A model generated the notes under the pieces. The model saw only the letters and a program-made list of their open reading frames with translations, ran no database searches and had not been told where the DNA came from. Of a stretch of 63,900 bases of DNA, positions 52,521 to 63,900 are shown piece by piece. Origin of the DNA: Rhina ancylostomus (lineage: Eukaryota); assembly GCA_030265395.1 (NCBI GenBank), contig JARFYF010000046.1:21222925-21286824 (forward strand), written 5' to 3'. Each line of letters opens with the position of its first letter. The first letter of the stretch is position 1. The translations under genes and the position numbers were made by a program.

Positions 52521-55500
52521 CACTAAGCCAATAAGTATCAAAAAAGCAACATTTCTGATTGTGCATTCCATATTAAGTAAACAGAAAATTTACTTCTGCA
52601 CATCTCCCAGTAGCTCACTTTGAAGCTTCTAACACAAGTTTTCATGTTTGCTAGATAACCAACAGAAATAAAGCTACGTTAACTTTGTTCCACCTGTGAT
52701 CAAATTGTGGGCAGGTAAAATTTTACATTAACCTATATACCAATGTGTACTTCTATGATTTAAATGTTTCCTTTGGAATATTTTACCACAGTTCAGATCA
52801 GATACTAGTTGAGTCTGGAACCTGTAGCCTAAATGTCCTATCACTGCCCCTCTGAAAGCAGGGATTCAGGTAGCATTATTACAGATATTAGATGCTGCAC
52901 TAGATTGGACTTCAAGAATGAACTAGTCTGTTTTGGGAGAAGTTGGTGGTTGAGTTTAGATGAGTATTACATATGTAACACCCGCAGAAATATTTTCCAA
53001 CAGAGGTCACTAGATAATAAAGTTTGAGCTTTGCAACAGCAGCACCCAACAATCGCCCTCTCAGACTTCTAACCAGATATATGATAATTTGCTGGTTTTC
53101 CATTTCCATTTCTTTCCTTTCTTTCTTGTATAATATTTCAAAACATTCTTCCAGTTAAGAAGTCAATCCAATGACATTTTTCAGGATCTTTCCATACTCC
53201 TTCATGGAAATGGTAGGACAGAGTGCTGCAATTATCTGTGGTTGCTGTACTAAGATCAATTCTTCTCATTCTGTGCATCATCTTGGTAGCCTTCTAAAAG
53301 GAAATCCCAAGCGAAACATGCTCTGTCCCCCATTGGCATGGTTCCTCAAGATGAAAAAGATCCCATGATTAAACAGCACTGAATTTCCTCCTAAAACACC
53401 CCAACTTTCTTTCACCCAAACCCTTCAGTTTACCATAACTTATAATCTGGCACTGCCTTGATTTTAAAAAAAGCCTTGTTTTCAAACCCTTCCATCCTTG
53501 TGTTCTTTCCTATCTATCACCTTCTCCAGCTGTTCAATTAAAGTTTTCTAAAATGAGTAAAGTTTTGATTAGACATCCATTAACTTACCTGTTAATGCAT
53601 GTCAGTATGTGCATATGATCCAAATAAATCTGCGTATTTTAGATCAATTTAGGAATAGGTTATTCTACAGGCATAAAGCTTAATTGCAAATGCAAGGGGT
53701 TCACATATTCTATACTTTAAAATTTAGTTTAAAAACAGACATCTCCAAATCTGTTAATTTTGTACAAATGAAACAGAAATACATTCATTTCTCAATTCAT
53801 TTACTGTGGGGTATGAATGACCAGAAAACACAGAATCTTTGATTCTCAATACTATGAGCCAAAATATAGATTGATTGTTCATGCAATCATGCAGTATCCA
53901 ATACATCAAAATGATGAATATTCCATGCAAATTTAAAACTGTAATTACAAAAATACATACATTTTAGATAAAATGAAAAATATCTACATTAATAGCAGAA
54001 TACTATCCATTTTGTTAAAAGTTAAGCAAAGTATCTTGACATATTGGAAACAAATCCCAAAAGGGAATATTATCAACTCTACAGAAAAAAACTTACAATA
54101 TTTGTATGGCACATTTATGTATTGTCATTCATATCATACAATCAGTATCATAAAAGGTCTAATCTTGCAAAGGGCCATTAACACACTTTCAGGCCACTGT
54201 AAATTTCAATGAATATACCTAATTTTGATAGTTTTCACAAAAACAAAATATAGTAAATTTGGCTGATATTGACATGTTATTAAATCTAAGTAAAATGGAT
54301 GTCATTGATCTTGCTTTTCAGTTCTGCGCATTTCTCCCACTCCCATTGAAAGTAGGATAAACCACAATGGCTTTATTCTAAGAGGTGTAAGAGTAATTCT
54401 GTCAGATGGTATTACATTCAAGAATTTGATTTCCAAAATAAAAACATTAATGCTTTTCCAGTCACTTACTGAAGTAACTCAAATTGAGATATTCACATTT
54501 ACAAAAACTGTACATTTAGAGAAATAATTTCCCACAATATAAACAGAGTACTTTCAATTTAATGCCATATAGATTATGACTGTATGAAATGTGTGTCTTG
54601 TGCAAAATGTATGTGTTATAAGATTATTGGAGTTCTGCCTATAATGGTTTTACTTATTCATGGACTTGTTTCCTTGAGGCACATTCAAAAGTACTTTCAA
54701 AATAAAGTACACATGCAAACCCAAATTTTTATGAATAAAGAATATGTAGATTTAAACTGAAACGTATTGACGTGTTAGAACTGGATACCTTGAATCCAAC
54801 TGGGAATTAATTAGATAAGTAAGAATATTAGCAAAAGTCCATTATGGGCTCTTAATGCTCCTGAACACAGAGGAGATTGCAGATGCCGGAACCTGGAGCA
54901 AAAAACAAACTGCTGGAGGAACTCAGTGGGTCGAGCATCATCTGCAAAGAGAAAGGACGAGTCCTCCTATTACTTACTGGCCCATCTCAGCCCTGCCCCT
55001 CTCCACTCTGACCTGATGCAGGGACTTGAACTGAAACATCAACAATTTCTTTCCCTCCACAGATGCTGCTTCACCTGCTGAATTCTTACAGCAGTTTGGT
55101 TTTTTTTTAGCTTTTATGCTCATATTGACATGCCATATGATTGTGCTGTAACCTTTTGACATCTTATTGGTAATGTTGTAAGAAGTGTATACCTTGATGA
55201 ATGTTTTATTTCTTTGGTTATGTAGTGACTGTAGATTTTTAGGAAATCACACATGAAGTACATTTACAGATGCATGAATATGTTTTCATTGTTATATTTC
55301 CTATTGACATTGGAGGCCATTAGACCATCTAGTCTATGCCATTTCTCAGAGCAATACTTTCAGTCTCATCCCCCCTCTTACTCCTAATGCAATCCACTCT
55401 TTCTTGGATACCAATCAACTCTGTCCATCTAGGGACAATTTACATAGCCAATTAACCTACAAATCAGCAAGAGATGTGGAGGAAAAATGAAACACTTGGG

Positions 55501-58500
55501 GACACCTATGTCATCACAGGGAGAACATGTAAACTCTTATTTTCTAAATCTGTATTTTTTTATGCAACCCCACTTTATACCCAGTAAGGATACTGAATGC
55601 TCCCAGGGGAAGGGATAATACAGCACTCCATCATCATTACCCAGTGTACTTGCACTTTATACCCATTGTAGGCTATTTAATGCATATGACTAATACAACT
55701 AACGATGCATCAATGTTGTTCCTAGTCAGTGATATCTCTTGGAGAACATTATTCTCAGGCATATTCCATTTTATACCAGTTGATTTTTGTGTGCTCTGAA
55801 AGTCCTAAACACAAATGCTTAAGATTATTGACTAATTGGTCTACAACAACTTACAGCTTCTGAAAATTGAATCATGCGATTAAAATACTTTTTTTTACTT
55901 TGATAAGAAAATTAAGTATAATTTTAACTCCAATACCTCAATTTTTAAAAAATAGTTTAATACATTAATGGAATAATCAAGAATGGCATATGTTAAAATT
56001 TTCACAATGAACAAGAATTCAGGGGCCAACTTCCCAAATTCAAACTTGTAATATTGTTTTTGAAAATAACATAATGTAATGCAGAAGTATTTTTAAAATA
56101 ATATGATATTTTAAGTAACTTCTGAAGTGGTAATTACAGTCTGTGGAGGAAAAGAACTGCTGTTAAATGAAAAGTATCTTTTGTGTTCACACTACAGCAT
56201 TTGCAGGTAATGGTTTGTGAGAATAGTGTTGATTAATTACCACTAATAAATACTTGAAGACATTCATACATTAGTGTTTTGTGTGTTAATGTTATCCGAT
56301 ATGAAGTGAAGCATATATGTAAGACTATATTGTAAAACAGGAAAGTGCAATCACTAATTTTCCATCAATTCGCTAACGCTTCATGGCACATCTTTGTAAT
56401 TACTTTCAGAATTATTACAAAAATGTCTGTTTTCTGCACAAAGATTGAAGAAAATNNNNNNNNNNNNNNNNNNNNNNNNNNNNNNNNNNNNNNNNNNNNN
56501 NNNNNNNNNNNNNNNNNNNNNNNNNNNNNNNNNNNNNNNNNNNNNNNNNNNNNNNTTCTGCACAAAGATTGAAGAAAATATAATTGTCTTGATTTTAAAA
56601 GCTGTGGTAAATGCTATGGAAATGACACCATTTAACTCTTCCCTATAGCTCTGTCCCTTTCTCTTTATAATCAATTCATGGTCTAGTGCAAAAGTTATTA
56701 GTCAAATGTCTTGGCATTTTAGAAGTGTATAGTCAGTGGTAGAGTACCGTAACTTTTCTCTGACCCTGATGTAGTTTATTTCAGATGCTGGCCACAATAT
56801 GTTGCAGCATTGGAGTGCTGGATTTTTTAAACTCTGCTACCCAAAAATGAAGTAAAATGCAAACAAAAATATGTGCTGACACAAGCTAAAAAGAAAAATA
56901 CTATATGCATTGATTCAACCGAAAATAACATCCCCAAGACTGCTACACAACTTATGATTCAAACACATCTTTTGAAATCTTGAATTTCAATTAAATGTAC
57001 AGCACCTCATGATCTGTGTCCTGAACATTAACAAAAGTGAGGTAACAATGAAATTTCTGCTCTGTAATGTGTAAACATCATGGCAATGCACTGTTTTGCT
57101 GCTTCTGAGAAGGGGAACTCATTTAAGATGATTTGATAAAAACCAAGCATTGTAAAAGTGGAATTAACATTTTACTAAAAACATTAAATACTGGCTGTTT
57201 CTAGGGTGGGGATTGAGTGTAACACTAAAATTGCAATAAATATTTGATTCTAATGCTGGCTCTTGTTTTTAATAGGAAGGGACTTCACTTGCCACAAGAC
57301 AGATCTTGTGATGTTTGCATTTAATGGTATTGATTGCACTGTCAATTCATATCAAATGGTGGGAAAAGAGTATTTTCTTGCTTGTAATGCTTATGCAGCT
57401 ATAATCACACTTAATATCATCATCCATGGAATCATGAGGGCATAAAGTTATATTAGTGGCATTTGACATTTTACATTAAAAGTTTACACTTAAAATTTAC
57501 ATTCCAAAGACATACGGGTAGGTTAACATGGGTTTAAAATGGGCGGTGCGGACTCATTGGGCCGGAAGGGCCTGTTACCACGCTGTAAATAAAATATTTT
57601 TAAAAATTTAAAATTTTAAACATTTAATTTAAAAAAATTTAAAATACCAAGAATTATATTGGTCTTCTGCAAACTGTATCTTTGGATAACCTGGCCTAAT
57701 TGTCACAGCAACGTGAAAGATTCAGTAAAATGGCAACTTCTTTGCACTTCTCGATGTCCAGTAATATTTCTCTTTATACTCACTGCAACAGCTACTTAAT
57801 GAATGGCTTTTAAAAATATTAAGAGTTAATAGTTTTTCCTAGGCAGTTGGAGCCAATAGATCTTTTGATTATGGAAGTGATCAAGTCCAGGCATAATTCT
57901 TTCTATGTCCAACAATCACATTTCCAACAACAATCATTAATTAAAATCTGAAGTTGGAACTTTTTCTCCCCCTTCTCTCCATGTACACAATAAACTTAGG
58001 CAAGCTAACCCCAGTTGCAACCCATCCACAGAGAGCAGGACTAGAACTAAAACTCCAACTATAGAATTGTCAAATTCATGCACTATACGTATTTATACAT
58101 CTCCAAGTACAATGTTTCAGAAGGTAGTATTATTATTTTTAAAAAATTGTTCAAAGTACAATTTGTTTGTTTAGTGGAGTGTGTCTGAGGCATATTTTCT
58201 CAGAACATAAAGCAACAAAGACATAAAAAATAATTTATGCATTTTTCAACAGCGACTGAAGCTGGGCAAGCTGAAATAGCTACGTAAAATATGAAGGTGC
58301 AGCAACTCTGCACATGATCTTCCAAAATCAATTTGTGAAAAGTGCCAAATTCTATTCAAATTCTTGTACTGGATGCCAAATATTAAGACCCTTTCTAGTT
58401 GTCCTCCTGCATGGCAGAGATTGTCTCACTGCAACCTCCTTCTCCCCACTATCCATCATCTGTCCTAGCCTCCAAGCCTATATCCTTGACTTCAACTCTA

Positions 58501-60286
58501 AAAGGATCTATTTTGTTACCAGACAGGGTACTCAATCATCCACCATAAAATGATGACTCCAAAAAAACTAGCTGGAATCCCCATGATGATTTTGGGAAGA
58601 GGTGGCCAATCCCACCACCTTTGTCACAATTTCAAGCCACAGAAACTGCTGGCTAAAGTTTGCTCTAGACCCTAAATATTGCAGAATTAAAAAGCAAAAG
58701 CTTTAAAAGTGTTCTTCTTTTATCGAGTGCCAGAAATGGAAAACACGACCATCCATCAGCTGACACTAATTATTAGCAAGGTATAATGTGCTAGCATCAA
58801 CGTAGCCAACCATGATTCTGTCCTCATTTGAAATCCAGTACAGTATTCACCTTTAAGCAAGCATCACTAGATGGTGATCTGGNNNNNNNNNNATCTGGAG
58901 GGAAAACAATAACTTTCTCCTGCGCCAAGAATCTGAAACCAATATTAGAGTCCTTTTCCTAACTGAGCTCAGCTTTCTTTGTCCAGATCAGAAGACTGGA
59001 TATGGTGCCTTTGTGTACCACGTGGCTCAGTAGTGCATATTGCACTGCATTTACCAAGTCATTTGGAAGTATAATTGAATGATTTTAAAAATTAATTACT
59101 GTAATAACTTTTCAAGCGAGTCAATGGGTACTTCTTGATTTACATATGCTTGCATTTTTTTCTGATGTTTAAATAGGCAGTGTGATGCTCATTTCCCTAT
59201 CAACCACACAGATTAATAAACAATTTTACTTAAGTGTTCTTTCTTATTCCTAGATTTTCAGAAATAAATAGTGTACAATATCTTTAGTGTTTGATAAATT
59301 TGTAAAACATCTGTTGCCACTTTAACTGTCACACAGAACCCTTCATGGTGGCAATGCAGGACACTGGACAAGTAGCACTGCACTGATAAGCTGCTGGTTC
59401 TATGTTTGTAATGTATTGAGTAAGCAGGAGTTGGAGTTACGGTTGGGGGGCATTCGGTTAATGGAACAGAAAATAAAATAACTGGGAGCACCAGGAAAGA
59501 AAGGCAAGAAAGTCCTGAGTATGGTATCTCTTTCAACACCCCTCCTCATCCCCAACATTGTTGTAGTGCAGGTTCACAGGCAAAGTGGCCAGTGCCCATG
59601 TATAGGCTATTTTGTGAACTTGGCAGGCTAACCAAATAAACGTGGATAGCAAACTTTGATTCTTGCAAGCGCAAATCTCAATGTAAACTATAGAAGCTTG
59701 GTTGATTGCCAACTCCCACACACCGTACCTGGTCATTCATCCTAATTTTCTGGTTAAAAAACAGCAATTACCAGGTGCCAAACTTAAATCTTCAGGTGCA
59801 CTTGATTTACCCCTGCACCACAACTCAGAAGCCCAAATATAAAAAAAGCTCTGATTGTAATTATCGTAATTTCCGTGTGCATTTTCATTTCACTGCCAGG
59901 GATGCTAAAGTTAAGAGCCCATGAATAGCAACTGTTGTACGACAGTGCCCAATGCACACTGAAATATATTAACTAATTAATTTGCTGGATCCAGCCAGAT
60001 TATAAAACAAATTAAAACAGAGATGCAGAGTACCATTTGNNNNNNNNNNNNNNNNNNNNNNNNNNNNNNNNNNNNNNNNNNNNNNNNNNNNNNNNNNNNN
60101 NNNNNNNNNNNNNNNNNNNNNNNNNNNNNNNNNNNNNNNTTAAAACCGAGATGCAGAGTACCATTGGTATACTTTCTGGAAAGCACGACTTGGCTAGGAC
60201 ATGAATCTAAAGAGATTGAATTCGATTTGAAACTGGAGTACAAAAGTGTCCTTTTAAAGAAACTGTGCAAGATGTACATTATTAAT

Positions 60287-61174
60287 TCAGATTATGTCTT
60301 CTGACTGTGATCCACCATCATTTCTGATCTTGTGCTCTTGCCATTGTCTTTGCAGTTGTATCACATCCCTGCCAAACCATTCATGTAATCTGCTAAAGCT
60401 GCAGCTCCCTGTTGCTGATGCAGCATTATCAAGGGTGAGCATCAAACTACAAATCCCAGATGTTATCCCTCCTGTTGCTGATTTCCTCCTAGGGGGCAAA
60501 GGAGGTGGCAAGCGCTGGGTATGTGGAGGTCTTTCAGGCACCTGGTCTGGGACATATTTTGCAATGTCACTATTATCGTTAATGGCATGAGCTTTGCCAT
60601 TCAATTCAGTTTCAAGCATTTGATCTGGTGTAGTATTCCAGGGGACATAGCCATTTTCTTTAACAGGACTCCCATAAGATACAGCACAACTATTTGAGAT
60701 TTGTGATGCACTAGAAGGGTTGATTGCATGTTTTCGCACTAGTGGTTTTCTCTGGCTTTTACGGCTGCTGACTCTATTTTGCTGCATCTCTTCCAATTGC
60801 TTTTCAAGTTCCCTAACAATTATTCTCATAGAGTCAAAGCTTGCACGGGATAAAGCTTTAACCCAAGCTTCCATTTCTGCTGGGCTGTCAGCAGCCATTT
60901 TATATGTTCTTGATTTAACACTATCAAACTTGATTGCGAAAGCATGCTCCTCTGAAGATTCACACAATTCCACAGTACAACCCTCCAGTATGATTACTCC
61001 AATTGGCTCTCTGCTCTCCTTCTCTTCAAAGTAAAAAAACAGATTACCCTTCAAAACAAACCAACGTCTGTGATAAGCAGTGTTTCGTTCTCCCTTTTTA
61101 TGCAAGTATCCAGTCTTATCAGTTGGAGAATCACAGGTGGCATAGTATGCCACACTTCTTTCATTCAACTTCAT
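60287..61174 (-). CDS. PHETA1: Sesquipedalian-1 / PH domain-containing endocytic trafficking adaptor 1 (FAM109A), 295 aa, single coding exon
   Basis: MKLNERSVAYYATCD start, PH domain (GYLHKKGE...RRWFVLKGN...WVKAL), coiled coil, PPPLPPRR motif and F&H motif FSRLHEWFG. Acceptor ttttaattgtag| just upstream (exon starts at 61184). Position next to CUX2 favours PHETA1 over PHETA2. Confidence 0.92.
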   Translation of the reverse strand: MKLNERSVAYYATCDSPTDKTGYLHKKGERNTAYHRRWFVLKGNLFFYFEEKESREPIGVIILEGCTVELCESSEEHAFAIKFDSVKSRTYKMAADSPAEMEAWVKALSRASFDSMRIIVRELEKQLEEMQQNRVSSRKSQRKPLVRKHAINPSSASQISNSCAVSYGSPVKENGYVPWNTTPDQMLETELNGKAHAINDNSDIAKYVPDQVPERPPHTQRLPPPLPPRRKSATGGITSGICSLMLTLDNAASATGSCSFSRLHEWFGRDVIQLQRQWQEHKIRNDGGSQSEDII

Positions 61175-61479
61175 GCTTTAGTTTCTACAATTAAAAAAAA
61201 CACAAGACATCCAAAATTGAGAATATAGTTCTTCTTCAAAGTATGCAGCATCATTCTAAAGAGCAAACCTCAGCCTCAAATAGCATGCAAATTTGGTTGT
61301 ATTTGAGTAGCCAGTTTTGACTTACAGATACCAGTAAAACAACAGACATATGGAGAATTCAGTTCTTGATTTGCACTGCACCATAGATTATGTGGAGATA
61401 TCCAGGAAGTATTTATACAAAATTTTACACCACAGCCTCGTACTAGGTCTGGATGAAATTATGAACAAAAGAAATTGAA

Positions 61480-62270
61480 GCTCAAGTATGCCATTTAGCC
61501 CCTTGAGCCTACTTCATCATTCAGCCGTATGATGGCTGATCCTCATATGTCTCAATTCCTTTAATAAAAATCCATCAACCTCAGCCTTGAATACACACAA
61601 CAGCCCAGCAACCTTCTAAAGTAGAAAATGACAAATATCACAATCATAAGAAATTTTCTCCTCACCTCAGTCCCAAATGGCCTCAGTCAAGGACTCGGAC
61701 TCTACAGCCAAAGGAAAGTGGCATCTCAACATCCACCTGCATCAATACCTCTCTAAATTCTATGCATCTCATTGAAATCATCTGTCATTCTCTAATGCTT
61801 CAGTGAGTATAGGTAAACTATTCAATCTCTCTTCACTGGTCAAATCACTCATCCCAGGAATAAATGAAGTTAATCTTCACTGAGATTAATTTATACAAAG
61901 TAATTTCAGGATTGTCTCACTAAAATCTACATTTTTTTTCTTTCATGGGATGTTGTGAGCAGTGGCAAAGCCAACATTTAGGCTCTACCCATAAGTGTCT
62001 CTGAACAGAGGTGGCTGTGATGAGTGGGACTCCAGACTCACCAAAAGGGAGTCAGGGAAAGAGACAGACAATTTCCTCCCAAACGGCACTATTCAACCAG
62101 ATAGGTTTTTGTGACAATCAGGTAGTTTTCTGGTCACTGTAGATTTTTATTCCAGATTTAATTATGGGAATTTAAGAACCCCCACCTGGTCTGGCGAGAT
62201 TCAAACTTTTATTTCCAGATTAGTGTTTCAGCTCCTTGAATACTAGTCCAGTAACAGTAACTGCAGCATC
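61480..62270 (-). mobile_element. CR1 3' fragment followed by a SINE-like element
   Basis: Similar to the other minus-strand CR1 tails; 61940-62270 resembles copies at ~24410-24730 and ~51050-51370. Confidence 0.55.
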
Positions 62271-63089
62271 TTCCTTATTGGAGGACTCCAATGGCCTTGC
62301 AAAAAAGGTCAATACAGCATTTGCTTTCGCAATTTTACCTGTACCTATGTCAAGACTCTTATTTTTGCAGGATTCCCTTTATTTCCACTTAAATCATTAC
62401 TTCTCTGCATTAAACCTAATCCCTTCAGCCCACTTCAATCTGGTTATTAAATTTTACGATTATGGTTAACCAGAAAAACTGCCAAAACAACGCTGATGTG
62501 CTGTGCATGATGAAGCAATATATCGGTTGAAAATGCTAAACTAATTTTCATAGCCATCAGCTATGACCTTGTCAATAGTGAAAAGGCGATTGCAATTCTG
62601 TGGATCAGTAGCATTTAGTCCACTGGTATAACATTATGATGCTGTCATTTTTTTGTTCTATTTATAATAGGACTTGAAAAGAAGGTACTTTCTTTTTCTT
62701 GTTTAAAATTTGATCTAGCCTCAATACTCTTAGATCCTCCTCAGGAATCCAGCATATAATATTGTTTCTCAGCGATGGATCTTGAATCATGCCAATTCCC
62801 AGCATGTCCACATCCTACAGATATCAGAACAAACCACAGTTCAGACTCTGTACCACACTAAAAGTGGGAAAAATAGTTTAAGAAGGAGACAGTTTGACAA
62901 GGAAGGATTTAGAAGAAATTCAGCCTGATGTAAAAATACTGTTTGCTTCTTAATCTGCACAAGTGATTATATAAAATGATTATACCTTTTGGCATTTAAA
63001 GCATTTTAAAAAGACCAATGAAAATAAAAAATTGATCATCCCTTTTTGGTTGAAATCATATCTGGCATAAAGATGGTTGTGGTTACTGC

Positions 63090-63900
63090 TATCAATCACC
63101 TCAACCTGCAGGTGCTTCGCGTGGCTGTGTCTTTGGCCCAACTGTCCTTGATGAACTTATGACATAAGCAAGTTCATCAATGATCTTACTTATAAGTTTC
63201 AGTTCCATTGCCAGCATGCAGCACAACTTGGACAACATTTTGACAGAGGCTGCTAAATGACAGGTAACATTCACACCACACATGTCAAGCAATGACCATC
63301 TCCAACTCCAAAAAGGGAACATCTTGCCTCCAACCTACTTAACTCATCACAAAATAAAAGCCATTCTGCCTACTGGATCCATGGAATCTCCCAGCAGAGC
63401 AATACCATCAATCCTGTTCTCCACCTTATTTCCTTGTATTCCTGCAGTTTATTCTCTTTCACATGCCAATCAATGCCGCCTTGATTCTTCTGCCACTCAC
63501 CTACACAAGCGAATTAACTTATCAGCACATTGTCAAAATGTGGAAAAAAACTGGATCACCAACATGCATACTATGGCTGCAAGAGTAGGTCAGCACTGAG
63601 TGACTCATCTTTTAACTCACCAAAGCATTTCCACCATTCAAGAGTGTAACAGAATACGTTCCACTAGCGTGACATTTGCTCGAGCACACCATATGATAAA
63701 AGGTAGCTCACCTGGTCAACAAACATCCAGTCCTCCGTCCTAAATATTCAGTTCTACCATCACCACATGACAGCTGCAGTGTGTACCACACCAGTATGTA
63801 GTGTAAAATGCATTGCAGCAACTTGTCAAAGCTTCCTTGAAGCACCACCAAAACTCACAACCTCTAGCATCTGGAAGGACAAGGGAAGTAGCCAGATGGA
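63090..63900 (+). mobile_element. Old CR1-like LINE fragment with a nested SINE remnant
   Basis: caggtgcttcgcgtggctgtgtctttggccc (GVPQGS.LGP-like) and a downstream C-terminal region related to 14050-14345. Confidence 0.5.

Noticed and set aside
29036-60286. CASP-like alternative 3' exons, as found downstream of CUX1
   Set aside because: No plus-strand exon with CASP coiled-coil or transmembrane features was recognised, and the gene here is CUX2-type.

Overview
Vertebrate genomic DNA, most likely from a cartilaginous fish (shark or ray) judging by the repeat landscape (CR1 LINEs, V/HE1-type SINEs, Penelope-derived ends). The + strand carries the 3' two-thirds of CUX2: eight confidently placed coding exons from 8091 to 29035 encoding CUT1-CUT3, the homeodomain and the C-terminus, plus one probable small exon at 7125-7194. 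The - strand carries the single coding exon of PHETA1/FAM109A (60287-61174), matching the CUX2-PHETA1 order known in tetrapods. The most notable unexplained element lies between them: a decayed, apparently multi-exon protein-coding gene on the - strand (~40.9-43.7 kb) with a CpG-rich promoter-like patch at ~46.6-46.9 kb. Other observations are a young CpG-rich chimeric insert in a CUX2 intron, degenerate Penelope-type minimal hammerhead motifs in inverted-repeat pairs, several perfect palindromes, and Arg at homeodomain position 40 of CUX2. N-runs of 10 or 100 bases are placeholder gaps. Repeat boundaries are approximate and were assigned by eye.
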